Shown here: positions 21,925-33,366 of the stretch, one piece after another
Numbering within the stretch: position 1 is the stretch's first letter
How the letters are laid out: each line of letters starts with the position of its first letter
DNA from: Picochlorum sp. SENEW3
Lineage: Eukaryota
DNA length: 64,000 bases
Direction: 5' to 3'
Assembly: GCA_034226945.1 (NCBI GenBank)
Contig: CP120463.1
Location: forward strand, 558,001-622,000
The notes under the pieces: generated by a model
Told to the model about the DNA's origin: nothing
The model's input: the letters and a program-made list of their open reading frames with translations, nothing else
The model's database searches: none
Position numbers and translations under genes: made by a program

Positions 21925-23263
21925 ATGCCCAGGGGTGAAACGTTTAGTGTCCAAGTGGCACCGGAGAATGGACAACCGTACACAGTTATGTTGGAAATAG
22001 GTATGGAAGGGGTGGATATTAGGAATAGCGAAGGGTCTATGAGTCTTATGAAGATTCCGTTGGAGACGATTTCGAGATGGTCCATGCGAGGGAGTCGCTT
22101 GTTATTGTTCACCAAGAATAGCAGGGTACGTGTGAATGGTATTTTTAATCACTATGAGGCTGTCGAAGAAACGATGACTTGGGTGTCCGGTGGTGTAGGG
22201 AGAGGAACATATTGTGACTCTGGTTGGGAGTCAGTATACTATTCGCTCAGTCTTGGATACTCTGACGAGTTGCTGTATGCAAATGGCTGAGATATTAGAG
22301 AACGAGGAGGAGCAGAGTAGGAGGAGGGAGCCTGTCAAGGTGGAGTTACCGTCGTCTGATCAGGTTGTGTTTTGGTCAGAGCCAGAGAAGAGTGGATGGA
22401 TGCATTCGCAGGGGGAGCATATCAAGACGTGGAGGAAGCGATGGTTTATACTCAAAGATGGGTATTTGTTCAGATTTTCGAGCCCTGATGTGGACTCAAA
22501 GTCTGTTCCTCGGGGTGTTGTGGATTTGTCACAGGTGTCTCATGTGGGGGATGGGCACGAGGGGACTGGGAAGGAGAATTCGATTTGTCTGTCTGGTGTG
22601 GGTGGAGACACGTACTTTTTTGTTGATAGTGAGACTGCTCAGGTGGAGTGGATTTCAGCGTTGGATAATGCAGTGTCTAGGATTGTGAAGAAGATTGCTG
22701 GGGTGGAGGAGACGCCAGTGAATCATTGTTTGACGGATCAGTTGGAGGAGAGGTATTCTCGAGCGGCTGAGAGGAATACAAAAAAGATTACCCGAGCGTA
22801 TCGTGGGGATGAAGGTATGGTGAATATTATGAATTATTCGCAGCAGAGACAGGAGCCAGAAATGATACAGATTGATTATGGGAGTATTGCTGGAGGGAGA
22901 CAGGCGCCTCAAGCAGCCCCGCCATCATCATCATCATCTCGACCCTCTGGACCTGGTTATGATACTGCCCATGTGCACCAAAGCACATCTGCTCCTTCTC
23001 CTCCTGTTGTATATGGCAATGGTGGCACACAGTACCAGGCTCCCATGCCACAGCAGCCTACTCCTCCTCATCAGTATCATACCAATACTACGAATGCATA
23101 CCAACAACAGTATACTGCATCACATGACCTCATGGATTTTGCTACAGCCCCTCCACAGTCACCAGAAATCCCTCAATGGGAAGTGCATTATACTGAAGAT
23201 GGGAGACCATATTATTACAATAGGACGACTGGAGAAACAACATGGGAACCACAGCCATCGTAG
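21925..23263 (+). CDS. PH-domain and WW-domain protein; intron 22126..22198
   Basis: KSGWMHSQGEHIKTWRKRWFILK PH domain; WEVHYTEDGRPYYYNRTTGETTWEP WW domain; in-phase intron. Confidence 0.88.
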
Positions 23264-23409
23264 CGTATCAATTTTATTTTTTATTGGTATATACCATGTG
23301 TAAAACAACCAGGATGGCTGTATCTATAGAATGGCGAAATATCTTTTTGAACGGTCGCTGAGGGATGAAACGAACGAAACACCGTTGGTCTCGAAGGTGT
23401 CGATTATGG

Positions 23410-26376
23410 ATGACCCGAATGGCATTTTGTATATCCTTATATTCCATAGTCACATGGATGCGGGACTGGGTGTCGAATGCCTCTGTGCACGAGGAAAGGG
23501 GTACACGAGACACTGGTGCTTCCATTCTCAAGGAGCTTGAATGCTTTGATCTACTCCATGATACAGGGTGTACTGGATTGAGGACGAGATGGACACTGAG
23601 TAATGCCAGAGGGAATGGTAATGTGTCTATTGAGATTGGAGAGGAGAGGAGTAGAGGACCCATGGTGGTGCATTCATTGCTTTTTGAAACGGGTGTTGTG
23701 GAGAATCCTGCGTATGGATGGAACGAGGTGGATGATGCGTGGGTGAAGGAGGATGTATGGACGTTTGAGGTTGAGTTTGAATTGCCTCAATCTGATGGTG
23801 GGGGGAATCATACGGATATTGTCTTGTCCATGGAGAGTATTGATACGTGTAGTACAATAGAGGTGGATGGGGTGTTCCTGAGGAATACGTCCAATATGCA
23901 TCGAGCGTACTATATTCAAGATACGGCGCTTTTGAGTTTATTTCAATCACCAGAAGAAGAGGATCGGCCGAGCGGTGTCCATACGCTGTCCATCACATTG
24001 CATTCTGCAGCAGCAGTGACAAGGGAGATGCAGAAGAAACTGCCCTATCCAGTGCCGCATACCATGCATGAGATACGTGCAGGTCACTATAATTTGGCTC
24101 GAAAATCTGCTGTTGACTTTGGGTGGGATTTTGCGCCTGCATTTGTTCCAGCGGGGTTGCTTGGTCCACTCAGGTTTGCCAAAGTTCATTCCATGTGCCA
24201 TGTTTTAATGGAGCAGGCTGTCATTCGGCAGGATCATGTGAAGGATCATGGGTCTGTTCTATTGGATATTGATGTCTGGTTTCGCTCGAAAAATGACATG
24301 GGTGGTGTGTGTGGTTCCCTGAGTGTTGATGTTGTTGCTCCAGGAGAGCGTGGTCAGAGACCAGTTGCTCATGGTACTATAGACTTGGAAGGCTGTCGTA
24401 TGATATGTGCTGGTGATGAATATACGAATATTTCCTCGAAGCATACAGATGATAATGATTGTCTGTGGAAGTGCCCCGGTCCTCGGGTAGCAATACAGCA
24501 TCCCATACTCTGGAGGACTTGGGATCAGGGCAGTCCAGAGAGGAAACAACAGCCACTGTACTCTGTTCATGTCCAATTTAAGCAGAACGGATGTACTCCT
24601 GATAGTGTTGATACTATTTTGTGTCCTATAGAAGAAAAAAAAGTCAAGATTGGATTGAGATCGTTTTCCTTGGTACGAAGGCTGCTGAGAAAGGGTGAGT
24701 CATTCTTTTTCAAACTGAATGGAGAAAAGATCTACTCAAAGGGCTCCAATCTCGTTCCTCTCAATATATTTAGAGACCAGATACGTGAAGGAGATATTGA
24801 AAAATTGATATGGTCTGCCAAGAATGCGCATTTTAATACAATCCGTGTTTGGGGAGGAGGAGATTACCTGCCAGATGCATTCTATGATCAGGCAGATGAG
24901 GCTGGCATTCTCGTATGGCAGGAGTTTGCCTTTGCCTGTGCTTTGTATCCTGTGAGTGAGGAGTTTCTCACAGATGTATCTATCGAAATTCAACAGCAAA
25001 CCCTGAGAATAGTGAATCACCCGTCGGTCGTGCTGTATGGGTTTAATAATGAGAATGAAAATGCATTCGAGTGGTTTGATGAATCCATCATGAACTCTCG
25101 TCTCTACGCTATCGATTATCACATTCTATTTATTCAAACGATACGAGAGGTGTTGCTTCATATTGATTCCCAGGTACAGTATGTGGATTCATCTCCCTCT
25201 AATGGCATCATGCGGACTGATCCAGCGTTTTACACAAAGAGGTGGGGAGATGTAATGGATGAAGCATACGGTGATGTTCATTTCTACGAGTATGGACGGA
25301 ATTTGATCAATCATCTGGATGTGTTTCCCAAGGCGAGATTCATATCCGAGTTTGGCTTCATGAGCCTTCCATCGTGGCGAACGTACAAGAACTATGTTCC
25401 TCAGCAGCACTTGGCAGACATGCTCACCTTTAGGACCAGGCGTCACAATGGCCTAGGAGAACTCTCTGAACAAATGAAGTACCATTTTTTCTCAGACTCG
25501 TGTGTTGCAGAAAAGGAATCCTCCGTCATCGACACGCTTGACTGGGCGAATTTCCGTGACTTTGTGTATTTGACGCAGCTGCAGCAAGGCCTCATCTACA
25601 GGAGTGCAGCAACAGCGTGGAGGAGAGCCATGCAACCGGACGCCACGATGGGATTTTTATACTGGCAATTTGCGGATATAGGAGGCTGGTCTGGACCATC
25701 ATGGAGCTCATTAGATTCGGACTTTGGATGGAAAGTGTCACATTACTTTGTCAGAGACTTTTTTGCTCCCATTGCCTTTGTCGTTGAGCATGCAGCTGAC
25801 CACGTTGATATATTTATCTCCGGCCATGACAGCAATTCCAGACAAGTACGCATAAAGGTAGATATAGTACCCTATAATGCGTTGCATCCCACTGATGCTC
25901 AAACCAGCTGCGATGCATCAGTCAATGTGGAGCCACATGCCTTTGATCACATCTGTAGGGTGCCCATCCAGGATGCACCAGCATCATTCATCCTCGCAAG
26001 CCTGCAGGGAACAGATCCACCACTCCAATATGTGTCCTTTCTAGAAGAACCTAAAAGATCTGCGCTGAAGTACAACCTCTCGGTGGCAATCGAAAGCGTG
26101 GATTTCTCAGAAGCAAATCCAGGCATGTGTCCACATCACACCCACCTGGCCATGGTCAAGGTATCCAGCACTGCAGTGGCTCTTTTCGTCACCTTGGAAT
26201 CGACATCGGATGATGTACATTTTGTTGACAATGCAGTGACGATCCTCCCATGGAAGGCGCAAACATTCAGAGCTTGCACCAATAATAGCAGCAGTATTGA
26301 TGTGAGGTCTCTCACAATCAGGTACCTGCAGCATTCCATTCAAACAATCTGCCCCATGACAATGCCTGCCACATAA
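23410..26376 (+). CDS. Beta-mannosidase (glycoside hydrolase family 2); start and possible first intron uncertain
   Basis: RKSAVDFGWDFAP, KGSNLVP, NTIRVWGGG, VWQEFAFAC, NHPSVVLYGFNNENE (acid/base), RFISEFG (nucleophile), GFLYWQ. Confidence 0.92.
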   Translation: MTRMAFCISLYSIVTWMRDWVSNASVHEERGTRDTGASILKELECFDLLHDTGCTGLRTRWTLSNARGNGNVSIEIGEERSRGPMVVHSLLFETGVVENPAYGWNEVDDAWVKEDVWTFEVEFELPQSDGGGNHTDIVLSMESIDTCSTIEVDGVFLRNTSNMHRAYYIQDTALLSLFQSPEEEDRPSGVHTLSITLHSAAAVTREMQKKLPYPVPHTMHEIRAGHYNLARKSAVDFGWDFAPAFVPAGLLGPLRFAKVHSMCHVLMEQAVIRQDHVKDHGSVLLDIDVWFRSKNDMGGVCGSLSVDVVAPGERGQRPVAHGTIDLEGCRMICAGDEYTNISSKHTDDNDCLWKCPGPRVAIQHPILWRTWDQGSPERKQQPLYSVHVQFKQNGCTPDSVDTILCPIEEKKVKIGLRSFSLVRRLLRKGESFFFKLNGEKIYSKGSNLVPLNIFRDQIREGDIEKLIWSAKNAHFNTIRVWGGGDYLPDAFYDQADEAGILVWQEFAFACALYPVSEEFLTDVSIEIQQQTLRIVNHPSVVLYGFNNENENAFEWFDESIMNSRLYAIDYHILFIQTIREVLLHIDSQVQYVDSSPSNGIMRTDPAFYTKRWGDVMDEAYGDVHFYEYGRNLINHLDVFPKARFISEFGFMSLPSWRTYKNYVPQQHLADMLTFRTRRHNGLGELSEQMKYHFFSDSCVAEKESSVIDTLDWANFRDFVYLTQLQQGLIYRSAATAWRRAMQPDATMGFLYWQFADIGGWSGPSWSSLDSDFGWKVSHYFVRDFFAPIAFVVEHAADHVDIFISGHDSNSRQVRIKVDIVPYNALHPTDAQTSCDASVNVEPHAFDHICRVPIQDAPASFILASLQGTDPPLQYVSFLEEPKRSALKYNLSVAIESVDFSEANPGMCPHHTHLAMVKVSSTAVALFVTLESTSDDVHFVDNAVTILPWKAQTFRACTNNSSSIDVRSLTIRYLQHSIQTICPMTMPAT

Positions 26377-26463
26377 TTTAATTCTTAATAGAAACAAATG
26401 GTTATATAGACCCATTAAATGCAGTATCAATGACAAATTGACGACTGAGTCGAAGAATCAAGC

Positions 26464-28264
26464 ATGGTTGATTATAGCACGAGTGATACCTTGCAACGTC
26501 GTCGAAGTGAGCTACGCCAAGCAGTGTTTGATTGTCGAACCAGAAAATTATCGGAAGCATCGAAATGGGCGAGTTTACAGCTACAGGGAATGAAAAAGCC
26601 GGAAGTTTCCGACCTGCCTGCAAACCGTTCGTTTTCCAGTACCATGGAGCAGCGCGTAGACCTCAGCGATGCCTATGACGTTGCAATAAGTTATTTCGAT
26701 AGTAGGGTGCGTGGGATGAATCAATCCATGGGTGATGACATGCGTCTTATTCTGTGTGTCTTGTGGTATGTTGCAGGAATATCGTTCAGCCATGCTGGTA
26801 TTGGAGCCCCTCGTCACGGCACTCGAAGACTGTCCGAATGAGATCAAGTTTCTGTACTACTACTCCCACTACCTCAAAGTGCAGAGATTCAAAGCGCACA
26901 AAAAGGCCAAGCCAGGCATGTTGGTTGGCAACCTGATGCTTGCAGAGTCTGATTTAACACAGATACGAACGAATTTAGAAAAACAAGTGGAGCGGTTGGA
27001 TGGATTTTTACTATATATATTAGGCCTTGTCTTGATAGATCAGGATCACATGGAAAAGGCTCGAGAGGTTCTCGTAAGGTCTGTAGAATTGTACCCATGC
27101 AACTGGTCTGCATGGAAGGCTCTTGGAACAGCCTGCCCAGACCAGCACACAGCAGGCTCGTTGGCACTCCCGGATCATTTCATGGCAAAATTCTTCAGAG
27201 CGCATGTACTGGTCGAGTTTCATCAACCGGAGCAGAGTATGGAAATTCTCCAAGAGCTCGATGGCGATTTTCCAGAGAGCATGGCCACCATTGCCACTAC
27301 AGCAATGGCACACAATCACATGCATGACTACGAAATGGCACAGGAACTCTTCGAAAAATTATTAGAGAAAAACCCAAACATTATAGACTACATGGATGTG
27401 TATTCAAATATACTGTATGTGAAGGAAGATAGCATGTCGCTGATGCTCTTGGCACGGAGGCTAGCAGATGAAGACCCCTACCGCCCAGAAACATGCTGTG
27501 TTATAGGAAATTATTATTCATTCAGAGGTCAGCATGACAAGGCAGTGATATACTTTCAACGAGCTTTGAAAATAAATCAAAATTATCTCCCCGCGTGGAC
27601 GTTGATGGGGCACGAATTCGTGGAATTGAAAAACCCACCTGCTGCAATTGAAGCATACAGAAAGGCAGTCGCCATCAACCCAAGCGATTATAGAGCATGG
27701 TATGGTCTCGGCCAGACATATGAATTAGTGAATATGCCGTACTATGCGATACATTATTACAGTAAAGCTGTGGCTCTGAGGCCAAAGGATGCTCGCATGT
27801 GGAACGCCATTGGCCACTGCTATGGTTCAAATGCAGTCTCACAGATTGAATCAGCCATCCGATGCTTTGAACGAGCTTTGCCGTATGATAAAGAGTGCGT
27901 CGCTCTTCGTCAGCTTGCATATCATCATAAAACGCTCGGTGAGACTAATAAACAGCATTACGATCAAGCAGCCAAATATTATCAGATGATTTGGGAGCAA
28001 TCTCAGGAGCAGGGTGAAACACCCAGATCAGATGCCACAGAGGCCCTCAATTTCCTCGCAGAATATCATAAAAGCTCTGGCGACTTGCACACAAGTCACG
28101 AATACTTTACGAAACTTCTGGACTTTGGGCACCTTGAGCATAGAGAGGGAGCCAAGGCATCCCTCCGAGAGTTGCAGGACATGCTTGGCATGGGCTCGGC
28201 ACTCTCTCCATCACAAAGCCCAAGAGACATGGTACACTCTCCGGGAGGCTCAGCACCCAGATAG
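26464..28264 (+). CDS. APC8: Anaphase-promoting complex subunit 8 (CDC23); intron 26707..26776
   Basis: ELRQAV..C..R.L..ASKWA, MDVYSNILYV, YRPETCCVIGNYYS, AWTLMGHEFVELKN, DYRAWYGLGQTYE TPR motifs. Confidence 0.95.
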
Positions 28265-28300
28265 ATACAAATCCATTGTATGTAAGCAACTGTAATATAC

Positions 28301-28753
28301 TTATGATGATGTAGGCGCAGTAGATTGAAATCCTTTCAAGACATGCTCCACAAGCGTGGAAACATCCGCCCGACTCTTTACAGGTACTCCCAGGCACAAG
28401 ACGATTGGCATACTAGCCCCATGGGCTTCCATCGCTTCCACAATCATCCTCGCACAGAGCTCTGGCATCTCATCATTTCTATTCCCTAGTACCATGCGAG
28501 TGTCGTAGGTTAAACCACCACGCAGAGAAGTATGCTTCTGAGCTTGAACGATCGACCCAAATGTCCCCCTGCTCGAGACCACCACCAAGGCCCTATTCGA
28601 ATATCGAGCCACAAGGATATACCAGGTAGTTCCATTCACATCCACATGTGTTTCATAGGTCTGTTTATCCAGCGTTGGACAGCCAGGAATGACCTGAGGT
28701 GGTTGGCTCGGAGTGTCTTCACACAGTCGCAGCCCTGCGATGGACTCGCTCAT
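28301..28753 (-). CDS. Proteasome assembly chaperone 3-like (PAC3/PSMG3)
   Basis: YSNRALVVVSSRGTFGSI...YDTRMVLGNRND...LCLG pattern; 150 aa. Confidence 0.7.
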   Translation of the reverse strand: MSESIAGLRLCEDTPSQPPQVIPGCPTLDKQTYETHVDVNGTTWYILVARYSNRALVVVSSRGTFGSIVQAQKHTSLRGGLTYDTRMVLGNRNDEMPELCARMIVEAMEAHGASMPIVLCLGVPVKSRADVSTLVEHVLKGFQSTAPTSS

Positions 28754-29266
28754 TGCTCCCCTCTCTCGCTGTGTATGACGAATGAAATTATTATTTAGAA
28801 ATTTACTTACTTAATGGTGGCTAATTAAATAGGGTATGTGACGCCATTGTACAATGGCGGAGACAAAGATCTCCATCTTCCTTGTGTTTGAATTTGAAAT
28901 GGACGGATTTTCGCTACCAACAGAGATCCCACAGATCTACGTGGGTGCGACATACGATGTCCAGTATACCCAACTCTATATCTACCGGATAGTACAATGC
29001 TTGGGTACTGCTACTGGCACATTCACGGGTCCCAGAATGGGACCATGGGAATGGCATCATGGGAGTCCCAGGTTGCATGGGACAATCGACATCGTATTGC
29101 CCATACCGATTGAATTTCCAGACTGCGCTGGCTTGAACTAGAGAGAGTCAATAAAGCGATGGAAAATTATTGATGAAATCGAAGCGGACTTGAATGACGA
29201 TTTGAGAGCATTTCGTATACTGTGTCACCCAGGTGGCCTTTGAGACAAGAGACCGCGACGATAGTC

Positions 29267-30644
29267 ATGTCTGAAGCACCGGCTTCGCCACCAAAGACAG
29301 ACAAAGATGACACTTCAAAGAAATTGGGTCATGTATCGACGAGAGAGAAGAGATTTACAGAGCTAAAGGTGCGGAGGTCCTGCATGAGTGGGTCCATGCA
29401 TGCTATAGTGCTATTTCAAGAGTTCTACGACCATGTTGTATACTATCATGTTGCAGTTGGAAATTCCATCACCGGATATCGATAGAATTGCTTCGATTTC
29501 AATGTCTGCCTCGGGAAGCTCTGGGTCTTCCAAACTGCTCCGAGTTGATGAGCGACTGCATCGATGGTTGGAGGAAGAGGCCCTGCAGGTGTCGTCACCA
29601 AAGGGTATATCCAAGGTCGCTGCGGGGCAGTCGATGAGGCTGCATGCAAAGCTTCTCGTTTCGAATAGTGCAGCGGGATCTATTATTGGAAAGGTTGGGG
29701 TGAATATTCATCAGACGCAGTTACAGACTGGAGCCAAGGTGCAACTGTCCAAGGCCAATCAATACTTTCCAGGGACTATAGAGAGAACACTGCTGGTCAA
29801 AGGGAATCTGAGCCAGATTATTTCAGCATTATATTCGATCTATGTTCGTCTCATAGATGAGAATGCTGCTCCTATTTTAAGGGAGGAGGAAGAGGAGGAG
29901 GAAAAAGTTGGCGATGAAGGGGCTGTGGGAGAAGGTGAGGGCAGAGCTGTGTCAGACAAGGCGGAGGAACCCAAGGGTGCTCAGGATATTTTGCATCGGG
30001 TGGCATCATCTCATCTTCAGGTGAAGATGCTGGTCCCAGATGAATTGTGTGGTATTATTGTTGGGAAATCTGGGTCGACGATAAAGTGGTGTGCAGAAAC
30101 CACGAATACATCAATCAGGGTGCTAACCAGGAACCCATCTGTGTCTGGGACACTGACACATAAAATAGTTACTTTAAGGGGACATTTGGTCGATATTTTG
30201 AAAGCGATTGCGGTATTCTTATTAAAGCAGGCTGACGATCCAGAATTTACATCATACGGGCATATTCCAAGGACCTATGTTCGTGCTGGGTTTGGAAGCG
30301 AGTGGAGCGGTGTGGTGCCGTTTGCTCCTCAGTATCCATATGCTACGTATCCTGCTGCAGTTCCATATTCTCCAGCTGCATCACCGTTTACTTCCATGGC
30401 ATTTACAATTATTCCACAACATCAGCCTATCGTGGTTCGCAATTTTATTCAGTATGCTCACTACATACAACAAATGACTGGAGTGTTTATGAAACTCGAG
30501 CCATCACTTGAAGAAGGGAGGTTGGTTGTTCGTTTCCAGGGTCCACAGGAGCAGATTAACCAAGCGAGAGGATTGTTGTCACAGTTGCTTTCATGTAGCA
30601 CGGATATTCCGGGAACTTTTGAGCAGCCACGCTTCTCATTGTAG
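29267..30644 (+). CDS. KH-domain RNA-binding protein (NOVA/BTR1-like); intron 29369..29456
   Basis: KLLVSNSAAGSIIGKVG...LSKANQYFPGTIER and KMLVP...GIIVGKSGSTIK KH motifs; degenerate third KH. Confidence 0.85.
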
Positions 30645-30748
30645 CGATGATGAATTGATGCCATTGAAAACTGATGAGAGGAATTGCAACACTAGGTACA
30701 TACATTACACAAGAACAGTGATCATATATCTGTATGTCAAGAATATTA

Positions 30749-33178
30749 TTAATATGTATTTTCAGCTTTCAAAATATTCAACAGTTCGTCATGCTTTTCC
30801 CAAAATATCACTTTTGCATTTATTTTCTCTTGTGCGTTGAGGATGAGTTTCTCAAGGGAAAAACCTTTCCTAACCAAAACAATATCGTTTCTTCCAAGTG
30901 CCAAGGCTGGACAAAAATCATTTGCTCCATCCCCAACAAAAATGACCCGTTTTGCTTTCCTCTTCCTACTTGCTCTCATTGTGGCAAGTTCTCTGCCCTT
31001 GCACAGGTTTTCTGGGCAGTGGGGACACCCATGATGGCCACTACTCCTGTAATCATGTTTTGGTGAAACCACTAATTTGTGGTTTGTCTTTTCTGCTGGA
31101 TCTGCAATCTTGTCGCCAAAAAACCATTCATTGCTTGCAGAGTCCTGGGATACCGTCTGTTCACTACGCTCAAATGCTGCAGGGTTCGTCACAATCTCCG
31201 TGAAACAGGATTTGATCTTTGCAGCAGACAGAATGTGGTTGATGAATATGGTGTTGCAGTCAGACAATACTCGGCATTCAATGCCACTGCCAACACACCA
31301 TCGAATGGCAAGAATGGATCCTTTGGGCACCTCTGCTCCCATTCCTCGAAGAACATTTATAATCTTGTCACGAGACACTCCTCGCCTATGCATTTCTGAT
31401 AGTACAGTATTTGTCAACGGAATAAAATTGGCAGGGGATTCGACAGAGCTCAACAGAGACGTCAACTCTGGTGAGATTTCGTCTGTCAATCGCTCTCCTG
31501 CATCCCAGTCTGTTATTGTTTTGTCAAAGTCCATCACAAGCATCATCTCGGAGGGCAAAATATGCGAATATATTTCTCCTGCAGTATCGTTTGGCGACGG
31601 AAGAATAGTGGATGCACTTCTCTGTAAAGAGACAGTGGCTTCCTTGGCTTGAGCCATCTCAAGAGTTGGGTCCAGCCCTTGGAGCTGGAACCAATGCCGC
31701 ATGTTGAATCTGCGCCGCAACGCCAGGGGAATGTTCTTCTCTTTCATCAATGAAAAAATGAGTGGCTCGACTGCCTCAAGAAGAAGGCGATCATCAACGT
31801 CACCACGAAACTGTAGCACTGGAATTCCGAGATCTGGCTGCCTGAAAAATGCCAGTGGCGTGTCATCTACAAGAATGCACTTGTTAATATCTCTCCCAAG
31901 CTTTGACATATCTTTAACGCAAGGATATACTTCAGAATGTGTTGTGGCTGGCCTATAGAGCCTGTACGCAAAAACCTTTCCATATCTCCTTTCTATCTCG
32001 TCCAAAATCGGAGCGGCATAATCCTCCAACCCAGCTGTGAACAGAACAACTTCACACAAGCACGCAGCCCGTCTCAAAAAGTCCCCCAGACCTGGTCTCT
32101 CAACAACAAACACACCCCCAGGGTTGAGCTTCCCCCCTTGTCCAACAACATACGACACTGCAGAATCTGGAAGTCGCGGTGCCCTCTTTGGGGTAAATGT
32201 TGTCACAAGCGTCCCATCCAAATCCAGACATAAAGTCAGCTTGTTTCTATACTCTGGAAGCTGTGCCGGAAGCAAGTACGATTTCTCAAAAACATCCATT
32301 GGAACTGTCGATGTTGCCTCGGCATCCTTCTGCCGAGACTCAAGCTGAAGAAGGTACTTTTCTAGGTGCATGTCCACCACCAATCTATCCAAATTCAACA
32401 ACTCTTCCCTCCTACACGATGGACAGTTGAATGTCGCGACAGAACTTGCTTCATCATCTGAACAATCCCACACTGCCTTTTCATTCTTGTCAGCAGAAGA
32501 ATGATGCTCCTGCCTCCTCACCACGCTACACAGAGAGACCAGGCAGCCCCAACAATATATATGACTGCATGTCAGCACAACTGGACTCTTCAGAAGATTC
32601 AAACAAATAGCACATGAATACTCTTCCATGGCCTTGTCCACACTCATGGCCTCCATCCCAGGCATGCCCTTCTCCACCACATCCAACCTGGTCTTCATGC
32701 TCGCCAACTTGAGGGACGTGAAGAAGTGCTGCGTCGCCAGAAACTGAATCGGCTTCATCTTCTGAACAACAGAGTCATCCATCGCTATCGACATCATATG
32801 CCTATTTCTCTTCTTCACAGCTTTGACTACTGCAATGTAATTCAACAACACAAACTTGTTCAAGTCATGGACATCACTCTTGAGCTCTCGAAACGTATCC
32901 AACAGCTCCTTTTCAATCGATTCAGACACATGAGATCCCTTCATACTCTTCCCCTTCTCCAGAAACGTCCCCATCCGATACTCTAGAAAAGATTCCTGAG
33001 CATTGTAAAATGCATCAACCTTGTCCAGCTCAGACGAGAGAACACGACGGAATTCAGCACTCCCCAAGTCCCCCTCACTAATATCCTTCTTTATCGCTTT
33101 CTTCAATGCTTTATAGTCGACATACGACTCCAGCCAACGGCGTTCAGCCTCAGCCTCCAGGCGTTTGCCGAATTTCAT
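30749..33178 (-). CDS. SPX - RING (C3HC4) - FCP1/SCP (NIF) HAD phosphatase - PHOSPHO/PECP-type HAD phosphatase multidomain protein
   Basis: MKFGK...YVDYKALKK and KAVKK (SPX); CAIC...CSHIYCWGC...CPSC (RING); DLDGTL, ERPGL, FTAG, VDD (NIF); DFDKTI, SDCN, CPENLCKG, VGDGANDFCP (PHOSPHO1/PS2 type); one uninterrupted 809-aa ORF. Confidence 0.9.
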   Translation of the reverse strand: MKFGKRLEAEAERRWLESYVDYKALKKAIKKDISEGDLGSAEFRRVLSSELDKVDAFYNAQESFLEYRMGTFLEKGKSMKGSHVSESIEKELLDTFRELKSDVHDLNKFVLLNYIAVVKAVKKRNRHMMSIAMDDSVVQKMKPIQFLATQHFFTSLKLASMKTRLDVVEKGMPGMEAMSVDKAMEEYSCAICLNLLKSPVVLTCSHIYCWGCLVSLCSVVRRQEHHSSADKNEKAVWDCSDDEASSVATFNCPSCRREELLNLDRLVVDMHLEKYLLQLESRQKDAEATSTVPMDVFEKSYLLPAQLPEYRNKLTLCLDLDGTLVTTFTPKRAPRLPDSAVSYVVGQGGKLNPGGVFVVERPGLGDFLRRAACLCEVVLFTAGLEDYAAPILDEIERRYGKVFAYRLYRPATTHSEVYPCVKDMSKLGRDINKCILVDDTPLAFFRQPDLGIPVLQFRGDVDDRLLLEAVEPLIFSLMKEKNIPLALRRRFNMRHWFQLQGLDPTLEMAQAKEATVSLQRSASTILPSPNDTAGEIYSHILPSEMMLVMDFDKTITDWDAGERLTDEISPELTSLLSSVESPANFIPLTNTVLSEMHRRGVSRDKIINVLRGMGAEVPKGSILAIRWCVGSGIECRVLSDCNTIFINHILSAAKIKSCFTEIVTNPAAFERSEQTVSQDSASNEWFFGDKIADPAEKTNHKLVVSPKHDYRSSGHHGCPHCPENLCKGRELATMRASRKRKAKRVIFVGDGANDFCPALALGRNDIVLVRKGFSLEKLILNAQEKINAKVIFWEKHDELLNILKAENTY

Positions 33179-33358
33179 CCCAAACCTCGTCTACTGGGTA
33201 TCCTACTATGGCGTCGACTGGTAAGACTCTACAATGGATCCTTCGAATATTAAATAATGAAATATAAATATAGAATGGTCTAGTATGCCAGGGAATGCGA
33301 GGCATTGCGAGGGTATCTTTGACCACAACCCTACCAGGAATCTGCCGTCGTTGAAAAG

Positions 33359-33366
33359 GAATATAC
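33359..33366. promoter_or_regulatory. P1BS-like element GAATATAC (GNATATNC)
   Basis: Exact match to the PHR1-binding consensus about 180 nt upstream of the SPX gene start. It is a short motif and may be chance. Confidence 0.35.

Noticed and set aside
28854..29141. 95-aa ORF and TGGGA/TCCCA cluster between PAC3 and the KH gene
   Set aside because: No recognisable motif; the region is the divergent promoter, and a gene cannot be supported.
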